From assembly GCA_031416315.1 (NCBI GenBank), contig JANOTL010000040.1, forward strand, positions 16,821 to 80,820: a stretch of DNA of 64,000 nt. The letters are read 5' to 3'. Numbering within the stretch: position 1 is the stretch's first letter; every line of letters starts with the position of its first letter. Positions 28,925 through 38,234 of the stretch are shown here, piece by piece. Below the pieces are notes generated by a model. The model was not told the origin of the DNA, made no database searches, and saw only the letters and a list, made by a program, of their open reading frames with translations. This DNA comes from Pseudomonadota bacterium (GTDB lineage Bacteria > Bdellovibrionota_B > Oligoflexia > Oligoflexales > CAIYRB01). The translations under genes and the position numbers were made by a program.

Positions 28925-30178
28925 TCAAAGCCACCGCACCAACTGCGGACTCCCCGCCTCCCGCGCCCCGCCGTTGCCGAGCTGGCCAAAGAATCCGTGG
29001 CCCCAACAACGTACGGCGCCGACGGCGTCGAGCGAGCAGGTGTGCTTCTTTCCCGCGACGAGGGCGCGGACGGAGGCTCCGGCGCCGGCAACGGTCTTCG
29101 GCACCTGAACCCGCTGCGCGAAGAAGGCGTCGCGCGATTGCGGGGTGATCCAGATGCGCGAAGCCTCGGGGCCGAGCGCAAGCAAGGTTCGATCGCCCAA
29201 ACATTGCACGCGATCGACGCCGGCTGCGGTCAGCACGACGCAGGTGTGGCCGCGGCCGCTGGCAGCGAGCCGCACGTCGGCGCGCAGGGAGGCGTGCACC
29301 TCGATCGGCGTCGGCTCGCTCTCGAAGACCTTGGCACCTTCGCCAACGTTGCCCAGCTGGCCCCATGCGGCGTCGCCCCAGCATTCCAACGCGCCGCCCG
29401 CGACGGCGCAGGTATGGTCTTCGCCCGCCGCCAGCGCCGTGACGCCGCGCACTGCCGCCTGGACCGCGACCGAGCTAGATACGACGCGCCGGCCGTCGCC
29501 GAGGCGACCGAGCTCGGCTACGCCCCAGCAAAAGACGGCGCCAGCGGAGGTACGCGCGCAGGTGTGATTGCCGCCGGCCGCGATTTCCTTCACCTCGCCC
29601 AAGATGCCGCGCACCATCGTGCTGGCGGTTCGCAAGGTGCGCCAAATGCCTGGCTGAGGATTGGCGACGCCGTCGCCCAACTCGCCGTGTCCGCCCTGAC
29701 CCCAGCACTTTACCGCGCCGCGCGCGGTCAGCGCGCAGCTATGAGCGTCGCCGAGCGCAAGCATCTGGATGACGTCGTTCTCTAGGCCGCGCACCTCTTT
29801 CGCCGTGCTGGAGTCGCGCGAGCCGGTCGTGCCAGGTTCCGTGCCGTATCCGAGCTGACCTTCACGACCCTTGCCCCAGCAGGAGACGCGCCCGGAATCG
29901 AGGACCGCGCATGAATGACTCCCGCCCGCCGCGACCTGGCGCGCGCGGGTGAGGCCGAGAACGCGCTGCGGGTGCGAGCTGTTTTGATTGCGGCCGTCGC
30001 CGAGTTGGCCGAAGGTGCCGTCGCCCCAACACGCGACGCCGGCGTCTGGGGTGAGGGCGCAGGTGTGATTTTTTCCGGCGGCGATGGCTCTCGCGGTGAA
30101 GGCGCCGGCTTGCGCAAGCTCCGGCCTCATCAGGAGCGCAGTGCAGGTGATCATCGAAATGGCAAGGGAAAGGCGCAT
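28925..30178 (-). CDS. Secreted RCC1-repeat beta-propeller protein
   Basis: About seven AG..HTCA...G.V.CWG....GQLG repeats; signal peptide. Confidence 0.9.
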   Translation of the reverse strand: MRLSLAISMITCTALLMRPELAQAGAFTARAIAAGKNHTCALTPDAGVACWGDGTFGQLGDGRNQNSSHPQRVLGLTRARQVAAGGSHSCAVLDSGRVSCWGKGREGQLGYGTEPGTTGSRDSSTAKEVRGLENDVIQMLALGDAHSCALTARGAVKCWGQGGHGELGDGVANPQPGIWRTLRTASTMVRGILGEVKEIAAGGNHTCARTSAGAVFCWGVAELGRLGDGRRVVSSSVAVQAAVRGVTALAAGEDHTCAVAGGALECWGDAAWGQLGNVGEGAKVFESEPTPIEVHASLRADVRLAASGRGHTCVVLTAAGVDRVQCLGDRTLLALGPEASRIWITPQSRDAFFAQRVQVPKTVAGAGASVRALVAGKKHTCSLDAVGAVRCWGHGFFGQLGNGGAREAGSPQLVRWL

Positions 30179-30181
30179 GAT

Positions 30182-30907
30182 TCAAGACTCCGCGTCGATG
30201 TGCATGTGCGTGTCGTGGTTCCGGAACTTGTCGGCGCGAGCGACACGCAGCAAAGCTTGGAGCTCAGCGTCGCTGATCACGCCCTGAGCTAAGGCGAGAT
30301 GCCCGTATGCCGCGACCTCGTCCCGGTAATCGAGGATCACGCCGGCGACGCCCGGCGTCTTCGAAAGCGCGTACACGAGCCAGAAGGTCGCAGCGAAATC
30401 GATCGAGGTCTCGGATCCGGTCCCGACGAGCGGATAGGCGAGGTCGGCGGCGCGGCCGTTGACGTGCACGTCAGAGCCGGCAGAGGCCGGAGCATGCGCC
30501 TGCAGCGGGAAGTCGGTATCGACCCGCAGCACGGTCAAGTCGCGTTGCCGCGGCTCGAGTCTCTGCAGGAAAACCGCGGCGCGCCGCAGCGCGTAGAGGA
30601 TCTTCGAGCGGCCGTAGATGTTTGTATAGCGCTGCTCCGAGTCGCTCCATCCCGCGGCGATCGGCAGCAAGACGGTCCCGTCCAGCGGCAGCGCCGAGAG
30701 CCCGGGAGACGTGCGATAGCCGCGTCCCACCTCGCTCGCGTCCCAAGTCGCGACTGCGCTCCACGCGCTGGTCACGCCTTCGCGCGTGATCCCGCCGAGG
30801 CACCAGGCCGGATCGCCGCAAGCGGCGGCCTGGGGGCGCGCGGCGGCCCCCGTCGTGGTCAGCGCCAAAAATAGCGCCAACAGCATGCTTCGCCTCTGGA
30901 TTCGCAT
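30182..30907 (-). CDS. Secreted MepA-like / LAS-type zinc murein peptidase
   Basis: H-x6-D (HVNGRAAD) and HDTHMHI motifs; signal peptide; AAGGAG RBS. Confidence 0.7.
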   Translation of the reverse strand: MRIQRRSMLLALFLALTTTGAAARPQAAACGDPAWCLGGITREGVTSAWSAVATWDASEVGRGYRTSPGLSALPLDGTVLLPIAAGWSDSEQRYTNIYGRSKILYALRRAAVFLQRLEPRQRDLTVLRVDTDFPLQAHAPASAGSDVHVNGRAADLAYPLVGTGSETSIDFAATFWLVYALSKTPGVAGVILDYRDEVAAYGHLALAQGVISDAELQALLRVARADKFRNHDTHMHIDAES

Positions 30908-31166
30908 GAGGTCTCCTTACACTGAAACGAGTGCGAACCGTAAATGCCAGGCGTGATCGAAGTCAATCTTCGATGCCGATTCGTAATCATTGAATTTTGT
31001 TTATTACACTTTTTATTGTTTACTATGAGGCTCTGTACACACCGGCGTTACGGGATTTCGGCGACGGCCCGCGGAAAAACAACGTGTTCATGGATGGGAA
31101 AATAAGTTCGCGGAGCGAGCCCTTGGGTCTCTCATGAGAAGTTGGGCTCCGGGGACTCGCAGTCGG

Positions 31167-31316
31167 CTAGATTCCGAACACATCCAAATTGACCTGGAAC
31201 ACCTCTTCGTCTTTGGTGCCTGCCAGCTCCTTGTGCAGCTCGGCGATCGTCGCGCGCAGCTTTGCCACCAGCGCCTTGCGAACCCGGGGCCGCAGCAGAA
31301 GCCGCGCCGCGCTCCG
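31167..31316 (-). pseudogene. C-terminal remnant of a TIGR02147/DUF4423 regulator
   Basis: Manual translation RKALVAKLRATIAELHKELAGTKDEEVFQVNLDVFGI* resembles the C-termini of the two intact paralogs; in-frame stop at 31332-31334 upstream. Confidence 0.6.
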
Positions 31317-31633
31317 GCACGAACAAGCTGCTCAGCTGCGGCGAACTCGGTCAAGGGCGCCGCCGCCTCGAGATCGTCGCGACGCGCACCGGAGTTGAAG
31401 CGCGCTTGCAAGGCCAGTCGCCAGTCGCCGGCACGTACGCGGAAGGCGAGTTCACCTTCCAACGTGCAGACTGGAGCGACGCCGACTTCTTGTCGCTCGA
31501 GATCAGCAGGGTCAACGGGCGCTACGTCGGCGTCGCGTACGAGCCGGCGACGAGCGGCCCCGCGGCCTATAAAGAGAGCGTCTTTACTTGTGCCGAGATC
31601 ATGGTCGGCTCGGCCAGCTCGAACGGCGGCTAA
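31317..31633 (+). pseudogene. Headless remnant of a probably secreted protein
   Basis: Protein-like KLLSCGEL...VFTCAE frame with no RBS, ATG or signal peptide. Confidence 0.45.
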
Positions 31634-31637
31634 TGCC

Positions 31638-31835
31638 TCACGGCTTCGTCTTCGGCTTACCCTTCTGCTTCTCCGTCGGCGCGTCGCGGCTCTCGCGATT
31701 TTGGCTCTTCCTTTCCTGCTCGAACTCCTTGCCTTGGCCGTAGCCTTGGCCCGCGGCGCCTGGCTTCTCTTCGTCGCCCTTCACGTGCACGCCGCGATGG
31801 GCGTCTTTCGGCTCGCTATGCTGGCTCATTCGCAT
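31638..31835 (-). CDS. Small hydrophilic (hydrophilin-like) protein
   Basis: AAAGGAG RBS, 65 aa, rich in G/E/K/Q. Confidence 0.65.
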   Translation of the reverse strand: MRMSQHSEPKDAHRGVHVKGDEEKPGAAGQGYGQGKEFEQERKSQNRESRDAPTEKQKGKPKTKP

Positions 31836-31846
31836 CTCGCACTCCT

Positions 31847-32113
31847 TTAGTGGCGGGGGCCCGTGTTCAAGAGCCCGTCGAAGAATTCTTCTTCCGTCCG
31901 GTTGAGGTAGATCGCCTGATTGTCCACGCGCTCGACCCACGAAAGCGGAATCCAATGGTGCTCGCCGTCCCGTGACCCCGCCTTCTTTAGCTTGATATAG
32001 CGCGAACCCTCGATTTTATCGACCGTGCCGACTCGAGCCCCGTGTGCACCCTCCATCGTGGTGTTGCCGCGCGCGTGGACCATGAGATCTGGTTTGATTT
32101 TCTGCGGGTCCAT
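31847..32113 (-). CDS. DUF2171-like protein
   Basis: VGTVDKIEG..IKL.K...DGEHHWIPLSWV. Confidence 0.85.
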   Translation of the reverse strand: MDPQKIKPDLMVHARGNTTMEGAHGARVGTVDKIEGSRYIKLKKAGSRDGEHHWIPLSWVERVDNQAIYLNRTEEEFFDGLLNTGPRH

Positions 32114-32152
32114 GAGACTCCCTTTCTTCCGTGGGTTTTCGATCTTTTCCTA

Positions 32153-32168
32153 AGCAAGAGCCATGCCG
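32153..32168 (-). promoter_or_regulatory. Sigma-54-type -24/-12 promoter
   Basis: CGGCATGGCTCTTGCT (GG-N10-GC) 40 bp upstream of the DUF2171 start. Confidence 0.6.
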
Positions 32169-32381
32169 CGTCAAATTGGGCGGGCACGTGTGACGAAAGA
32201 GGACTTCCGGGCCTCTGAAACGCACGTTTCAAGCGACATGCGTCCGCGCGACGCCCTTGGAAAGAGGCGCGAGTAGGGTCGAGGCGCCGCACGCGGCGCT
32301 CATCGAAAACTCGTGAGCCGGCCTCGAATTTGCACAACCTTTCGTACGGCTCGATCGTCCGAGCCTGCGAAAGGAGTCTTC

Positions 32382-32912
32382 ATGAAACGTTTGCTCGGTG
32401 CCTTACTCTTCGCCTTGACGGCGTTGCCCGCGACGGCGCTCGCCGATCAATGCTACGACTACAACAACTACGGATCGAACGCGTACTACTACTGCGTCAA
32501 CGACGGCAGCTGCCGCTGGAACGGCAACTACTGCGAGTCCATCGCGCAGTCTCAACAATGCGACTGGATCCGCGACTATCGCCAATGCGTGAACGCCGGC
32601 TGTGACTGGGACAACCGCTACGGCTGCTTCGAGAGCCAAGCCCCGCAGTATTGTGAGGACGTGCGCGATTATCGCGAGTGCCTGAATTACGGCTGTTACT
32701 GGGACAACCGCATCGGGTGCAACTCGAATCCCGGCGGTGGCGGCGGCCGTCAAGTCTGGCAGTGTACGGCTCAAGATAATGGTTGGGAAGAGCACTGGGG
32801 CGGCCACGCCTCGCAAGGCAACACCCAGTGGGCGGCGCAGCAAGCCGCGTTGAATGCTTGTCAGCAGATCCACGGCACTTGTTACGTTACGGAGTGCCAG
32901 CAGATCCGCTGA
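32382..32912 (+). CDS. Secreted Cys-rich repeat protein
   Basis: AAGGAG RBS, signal peptide, three C..C..CxW..C modules, Gly linker, terminal 4-Cys domain. Confidence 0.85.
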   Translation: MKRLLGALLFALTALPATALADQCYDYNNYGSNAYYYCVNDGSCRWNGNYCESIAQSQQCDWIRDYRQCVNAGCDWDNRYGCFESQAPQYCEDVRDYRECLNYGCYWDNRIGCNSNPGGGGGRQVWQCTAQDNGWEEHWGGHASQGNTQWAAQQAALNACQQIHGTCYVTECQQIR

Positions 32913-33110
32913 TCGGAACCGCATGGCCGAAGCCTCGCCCACGCGAGGGAGCTTGGGGCGAAACGCTTCGCATTCAGCGCGACGCATCTGGAAGAAGTGC
33001 TGACGGATCTGGACGCTACGTAACGGGAACCGGCCGCTCCGCGAGCGGACGGACCACCGATTGCATACCGGACGCAAACGCAGCGCCATCGCGCTATAGG
33101 GAGATCTCGC

Positions 33111-33716
33111 ATGAACCTTCGCAACGCTCTCGTCCTCATGTTCGCGCTCGCCGCTCCAGTCGCGGCCGCACAAGACCTCACGATCCTCGCGGATCCGCAG
33201 ACCCGGACGGCGCGGGAAGGCGACACGGTCGACCTGGAGCTCGCGATCAGCCAGCCGGAAAGCGTCAGCTTCCGTGCTTTCGGGCTTCCGGCAGGGCTCG
33301 CGATCGACGCGTTGACTGGCCGCCTGACTGGAGTCGTCGGCCCCCTCGCGGCCGGACAATACACCGTGTCCCTCAGCGCCGTCACGCCGCAGCGCGACGA
33401 GCGCGTCACGTTTCCCTTCGTGGTCGTCGAAGGCACGTTGCCGCAGATCGCCAGCCCGGGCGTGCTTCTGTCCCAATCAGGTGAGGAGATCTCGCTCCAA
33501 CTCGTCGGCACAGACGCCGACGGTGAAGCCCTTTCCTACAACGCGTACGGTCTGCCGCGCGGCCTCGTGATCGACCGCGTCACCGGCATCGTCTCCGGAA
33601 CCCTGGCGGACCATGAGCTGCGCACGACCTACACCGTCACGCTGACGGCTTGGGACGGGCACGCGACTGGCGGGACGGTGTTCTCGTGGATCGTGATGCC
33701 CGGCGACGGCGACTGA
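33111..33716 (+). CDS. Secreted protein with two putative Ig (He_PIG-like) domains
   Basis: GLPAGLAIDALTG and GLPRGLVIDRVTG repeats. Confidence 0.85.
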   Translation: MNLRNALVLMFALAAPVAAAQDLTILADPQTRTAREGDTVDLELAISQPESVSFRAFGLPAGLAIDALTGRLTGVVGPLAAGQYTVSLSAVTPQRDERVTFPFVVVEGTLPQIASPGVLLSQSGEEISLQLVGTDADGEALSYNAYGLPRGLVIDRVTGIVSGTLADHELRTTYTVTLTAWDGHATGGTVFSWIVMPGDGD

Positions 33717-33799
33717 GGCAAAAATGGCGAACCTCTCCATGAAGCCATCACGGAGGGGACCGCTTGCTTCCAGACTTTCGCGTAGAACGAGCGCGTCCG

Positions 33800-34270
33800 C
33801 TAACGCTCCGACTCGACGACGAGCGACGCCAACGCTGACCAGCGCTTTCCCGAGCGCTTGAGAAGGCACTGGCGGACTTGCTCGTCGCGGCCCGTACAGA
33901 TGCCGCCGTGGCTCTTTTCCCAGGCCGCCTGTTCGGCCTGAATTTTCGCGAACTCCTCTTTCAGGAGGCGGCAGCGGAGCAAGCCGAGCGCGCCGAAAAT
34001 CCGCCGATCGGTGTCGACGAGATCCGGGTCCCGGCAGATGATCTGTTGAATTCCGCGCGCTTTCGCGCACGAGAAGCTCGGTCCGGTCATCGGCAGCACG
34101 GGACTTCCCGGACAGGGCGGTGCCTCTGCGGGCTCCTCGGCCGGGAGGCTCGTCGACTTCGACGCCACGACCTTCGCCTTGGGCGGAGTCGCCGGCGGCG
34201 CGTACCGCGTGCAGGCGCCTGCGACGAAAAGCAATACCAGGAGGCTCGAGCTACGACGTTCTGTACTCAT
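33800..34270 (-). CDS. LprI-like lysozyme inhibitor lipoprotein
   Basis: AGAC lipobox; PSFSCAKA...IICRDPDL...EQAAW. Confidence 0.75.
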   Translation of the reverse strand: MSTERRSSSLLVLLFVAGACTRYAPPATPPKAKVVASKSTSLPAEEPAEAPPCPGSPVLPMTGPSFSCAKARGIQQIICRDPDLVDTDRRIFGALGLLRCRLLKEEFAKIQAEQAAWEKSHGGICTGRDEQVRQCLLKRSGKRWSALASLVVESER

Positions 34271-34373
34271 GACATTTACTGTATCAAAAGCTGCCTTCGT
34301 CACAGACATGCGCCGGGGATGCTACAATCGAGGCTCCCCCGCGCGCATAGTTTTTTTGGCGAAAGGAATGTGG

Positions 34374-36161
34374 ATGCTGCTTCGTCAAGGGCCAGGCCTA
34401 TCTACGGCTCTGTTGATCTCGTTGTCCTTCGGCTCACAGTCCTGCAAGACGCCGAATTCCTCGTCCGCCGCGCTCCGCGCGGCCGATACCCCCGCCGCAA
34501 GCTCCGCTTTCGAGGCCGTTCCGCGGTCGCCGACCGACGAGATGCTCCTGGCGACCGAGGATGACTGTGCACCGATGCGCCGGGCCATCGCGACCCGGAA
34601 GAGCGAGAGCAACCTCGTAAACGTCGAGGAAGGCGAGCTGGACGGGCACGCGCACACGTTCATCTCCGTCTACCCGAACTCGCGCGAAGGCTCGAACGGC
34701 GTCTACGACTGTAAGGCCGCGATCGTCCTCGACCAATCGCACATGACTTTGCGCGGTGCCAACAACGCCGTCATCAAGATGCGCTCGGCGCCACTGTCGC
34801 CCGCGCCGCTCCTGGTCCTCGGCACGATCGACCCACCGGTCTACGACGACAAGACGAAGGGCTGGGACAAGATCCGCATCGTCAAGAACGTCCACGCGGC
34901 GAACTTCTTCCTCGACGGCAACCGGGTCGAACAGCTCCACGCCAACGTCCACCTGGTCCTCGCCGAAAAATTCGTCGAAGACACGGAGCTCGCGAAGGTC
35001 TTCCTGTTCGCCTCGGAGGTCGCCGAGCAACTCTCGCTAAAGCAGGCCTACAAATACCCGGGCATCGACCAGATCGAGGAGACCCTCGCGCCGCTGCGCC
35101 GGGTCGTCGCCGACGCCAAGGCCGGGACCGCCGGACCGCGCCTGACCCAGGCCGAGTACGCGCTCTTCGAGGCTAACGTCTTCAAGGTGAAGAACATCCT
35201 CCGCGCGGCGCGGAACAAAATCTCCGCCCGCGCCACGCCGCGCTTGCCGGTGCTGAAGCTCATCCCCACAACCCGCCTCGGGAAGTACATCGACCTCGGC
35301 GACGCGACGAAAGCCAGCGACGCGAAGCTCATGGCCTACTTGAAGGACGCCGTCGAGCGCTTGGACAAGTACGTCAACTTCTACCGTAACACCGTCAACG
35401 TCTACGAATGCTGGCTCCTCGACCGCAAGCCCGAGCTCGGCAAAGTGATTTGCGACAACAACGCCCACCCGACCTCGCACATCCGCAACAACGGCGTCAC
35501 CATCCGCGGCGTCCACGACGGCTCGGTCAAGAACGTGACGGCAATCAACACGCTCTCCGGCGGCATGGTCACCGAGAAGAACTGTGAGCGCCTCTTCGTC
35601 GACCAATTCGAGTCGACGGAGAACTACTACGACGGCTTCGCCGGCTACAAGACCAAGGACTCGACGTTCTGCCGGATGAACCTGCACGCGAACAACAACG
35701 CGGCGATCTCAATCGACCAGCACTTCAGCCACAACACCTTCGAGAAGTCGCGCTTCTTCCAGAACGGCGACGTCGGCATCTTCGCCCGCGAGTCGGAGGA
35801 CAACCTCTTCAAGAACGTGACCATCATCGGCAACCGCAACCACGGCGTCTTCCTTTCCGAGGTCGACGCGAACGGCCCGGTGAGCGGCGCGCACCACTAC
35901 AAGTTCGTGGACAGCTGCATCGCTTACTCGGAAGGCTTCGGCATTCGGCTGAACGACGCCGGCAGCTCGCCCGCCGAGCTGCGCAACGTGATCATGCACG
36001 AAAACCTCATGGAAGGGCTGTCGCTCGCCGACGGCGCCAAGTTCGAGCCGAACGACGTGAAGACCAGCTTCGACACGTCCCTCTGCAAAGCCGAAGAGCG
36101 CGCCTTCCATGACGACTACAAAACGAGCTGCGCGAAGCGCTCGGCCTCGCACGGAGAATGA
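34374..36161 (+). CDS. Right-handed beta-helix lipoprotein with large helical insertion
   Basis: SQSC lipobox-like site; LDGNR, IRNNG, SGGMVTE, N..DG and N...G coil repeats. Confidence 0.78.
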   Translation: MLLRQGPGLSTALLISLSFGSQSCKTPNSSSAALRAADTPAASSAFEAVPRSPTDEMLLATEDDCAPMRRAIATRKSESNLVNVEEGELDGHAHTFISVYPNSREGSNGVYDCKAAIVLDQSHMTLRGANNAVIKMRSAPLSPAPLLVLGTIDPPVYDDKTKGWDKIRIVKNVHAANFFLDGNRVEQLHANVHLVLAEKFVEDTELAKVFLFASEVAEQLSLKQAYKYPGIDQIEETLAPLRRVVADAKAGTAGPRLTQAEYALFEANVFKVKNILRAARNKISARATPRLPVLKLIPTTRLGKYIDLGDATKASDAKLMAYLKDAVERLDKYVNFYRNTVNVYECWLLDRKPELGKVICDNNAHPTSHIRNNGVTIRGVHDGSVKNVTAINTLSGGMVTEKNCERLFVDQFESTENYYDGFAGYKTKDSTFCRMNLHANNNAAISIDQHFSHNTFEKSRFFQNGDVGIFARESEDNLFKNVTIIGNRNHGVFLSEVDANGPVSGAHHYKFVDSCIAYSEGFGIRLNDAGSSPAELRNVIMHENLMEGLSLADGAKFEPNDVKTSFDTSLCKAEERAFHDDYKTSCAKRSASHGE

Positions 36162-38128
36162 TCTTGAACTACCGCACCATCCGGGCGCTCGCCGCCGTGT
36201 CCCTGCTCGTCGCTGCCACCAACTGCAAGACGCCCGCGAACAATTCCCAAGTCAAATACGACAAGGACGAGTTCGAGACCGCGAAATCCGTCGTCCAGCC
36301 CCCCTTCGGCAGCCGTGTCGCCATGGATATGGAGAAGCTGAAGGCTGCCGCCTTCGAGACCTGCAGAAAACCGTATGCCGTCTACGAGCCGAAGCCCGTC
36401 GTGATCCTCGACCCTCCGGCCTGCTTCGGCTGGACCGAGGAGCAGAAGAAGACGGTCCGCGAGGAGCGCGGTCTCGACCCGGGCTACCAATTCAACTGCG
36501 ACCAGGAGGACGGGCTCGTCTTTTGGGAAGGCAACTTCGTCAAAGCGCGCGGCGACCTCCTGCCGCCGCAAAAGGGCGACGACCAGCTGAACTTCCAGGC
36601 GCTCCCGCGCGCCAGCGGCGAGAAGTTCCCCGTGCCGATTTACGTAGACCGCACGGGCAAAGGCACCTACGACTACTTCCCCTGGACTCCCGGCCAGATC
36701 GAAACGACCGAGGTCGACGGCCAAGGCCGCTCGATCGTACCGCCGTTCACTCCGCAGCAGATCCAGCCCGAGGGGCGCTACTGGGTCGGCATCACGAGCA
36801 ACCAGGGCTTCATCAAGGGCTCGAAGTACGACTTCCGCTCCGCCCAGTTCCCCGACTTCCAGGCGACCGGCGACGCCAACTTCCCGCGCGTCTTTGTCAT
36901 GGGCTCGAACCTCTACAGCCGCTTCATCCACGCCGAGCCGACCTCCAACATGATGGGCAGCAAGGGCGGCGAGCAGCGCCAGCTTGACCCGGTCGACATG
37001 GGCAAGTCGCTCCGCTACTTCGCCCACAACTCCACCGGCATCAAGGACGACCTCAGCGGCGAGGCGAGCCCGGCCAGCCCGCGGACTTTCAGCGGCGCCC
37101 AGCTCGCCGGCCCGAAGCAGGATTTCCCGCACTTCAAGTCGCTCTTCGTCGCCCGGGACCTGTCGCCGGAGATGCAGGGTCACTTCCTCGGCGTCGTCGA
37201 CAGCGAGTTCTTCTGCGGCGCGGTCGACATCAAGCTCCGTCCGCACAAGGACGTCGGCGGCAAGCGCCGCACGACGGTCGACGTCGACGGCTACTGGTAC
37301 GCCCGCGACGACTACAGCTGGAAGACGCTTCCCAACACGGGCTTCGTCGCCATCAGCAGCATGTATTTCAAGCAGTCGGACCATGATTCGGACACCCTCG
37401 TCGTCAGCTTCGACGACGGCAAAGACGAGGACGTCAGCCTCTCCCTGCCGGAAGACGGCGCCCTGCGCGTCCACGACGTCCCGAAGATCGACGCCCCGGC
37501 GCGCAAGATCTCCGGCTGGGCGCTCGAGAACCGCAAACGCGACGAGCTGCGCGTCGACGGCACGATCAACTATAAATCCCGCCAAAGCATGATGATCGAC
37601 ATCGACGAGGCAGCCTCCGACATCAAGACCGGCGTTCGCCTCTACGAGCTGTTCACGAACAGCGAGTACGTCGACAACATCGTCGCCATGTCGCAGATCC
37701 GCCAGGACGTGCCGAAGTCGGTCTCGGCGGACAAGCCGATGCGCTTCAAGTACGCCGTCACCTCGTATTACCCGGGCGAAGGCGCGCCGAAGCCGGGGTT
37801 GTCGAGCGGCGGCGCGACGAAGCTCAAAGGCGAGGCGAAGCCCGAAGCGAAAACCGAGGCGAGCGCGAAGGACGAGACCGCAGCGAAGCCCGAGGCCGCC
37901 GCGGCCGAGCCCGCCTGCGAAGCGAAGTGGCGCGCGGCCTGCCCGTCCTGGACGGCCAAGCCAGTTTGCTGCGGCGAGGGCCAGGTCCCGACCGGCATCT
38001 GCGACAAGAGCTTCGCCATGCAGAACTGCGTGCAAGCGAAGTCCTGCGCCGGCGCCAAGCCGGGGCAGCTCTTCGCGCAGGGCAAGAAGAAGGTCCCCTT
38101 CCCGAACTGCCCGAGTGGCGCGGGCTGA
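36158..38128 (+). CDS. Divergent OpgG/MdoG-family lipoprotein with C-terminal Cys-rich domain
   Basis: ATNC lipobox; DFPHF, GFVAISSMY, EYVDNIVA and RFKY recall OpgG; A/E/K linker then a 6-Cys module. Confidence 0.6.
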   Translation: MILNYRTIRALAAVSLLVAATNCKTPANNSQVKYDKDEFETAKSVVQPPFGSRVAMDMEKLKAAAFETCRKPYAVYEPKPVVILDPPACFGWTEEQKKTVREERGLDPGYQFNCDQEDGLVFWEGNFVKARGDLLPPQKGDDQLNFQALPRASGEKFPVPIYVDRTGKGTYDYFPWTPGQIETTEVDGQGRSIVPPFTPQQIQPEGRYWVGITSNQGFIKGSKYDFRSAQFPDFQATGDANFPRVFVMGSNLYSRFIHAEPTSNMMGSKGGEQRQLDPVDMGKSLRYFAHNSTGIKDDLSGEASPASPRTFSGAQLAGPKQDFPHFKSLFVARDLSPEMQGHFLGVVDSEFFCGAVDIKLRPHKDVGGKRRTTVDVDGYWYARDDYSWKTLPNTGFVAISSMYFKQSDHDSDTLVVSFDDGKDEDVSLSLPEDGALRVHDVPKIDAPARKISGWALENRKRDELRVDGTINYKSRQSMMIDIDEAASDIKTGVRLYELFTNSEYVDNIVAMSQIRQDVPKSVSADKPMRFKYAVTSYYPGEGAPKPGLSSGGATKLKGEAKPEAKTEASAKDETAAKPEAAAAEPACEAKWRAACPSWTAKPVCCGEGQVPTGICDKSFAMQNCVQAKSCAGAKPGQLFAQGKKKVPFPNCPSGAG

Positions 38129-38149
38129 GGCCAAACGCTCCAAAAGAAC

Positions 38150-38176
38150 GCCCCGTGCTCCGGCACGGGGCTTTTT
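38150..38176 (+). terminator. Rho-independent terminator
   Basis: GCCCCGTGC-tccg-GCACGGGGC followed by TTTTT. Confidence 0.85.
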
Positions 38177-38234
38177 CATGTCAGGACGCCGCCTTCCTCT
38201 GTTAAAACGGCCATGCCCTCCCAAGGAGTCCCGC

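Noticed and set aside
34930..35405. Insertion in the beta-helix protein as an intein
   Set aside because: No N-terminal Cys/Ser block, no His-Asn end and no LAGLIDADG motif
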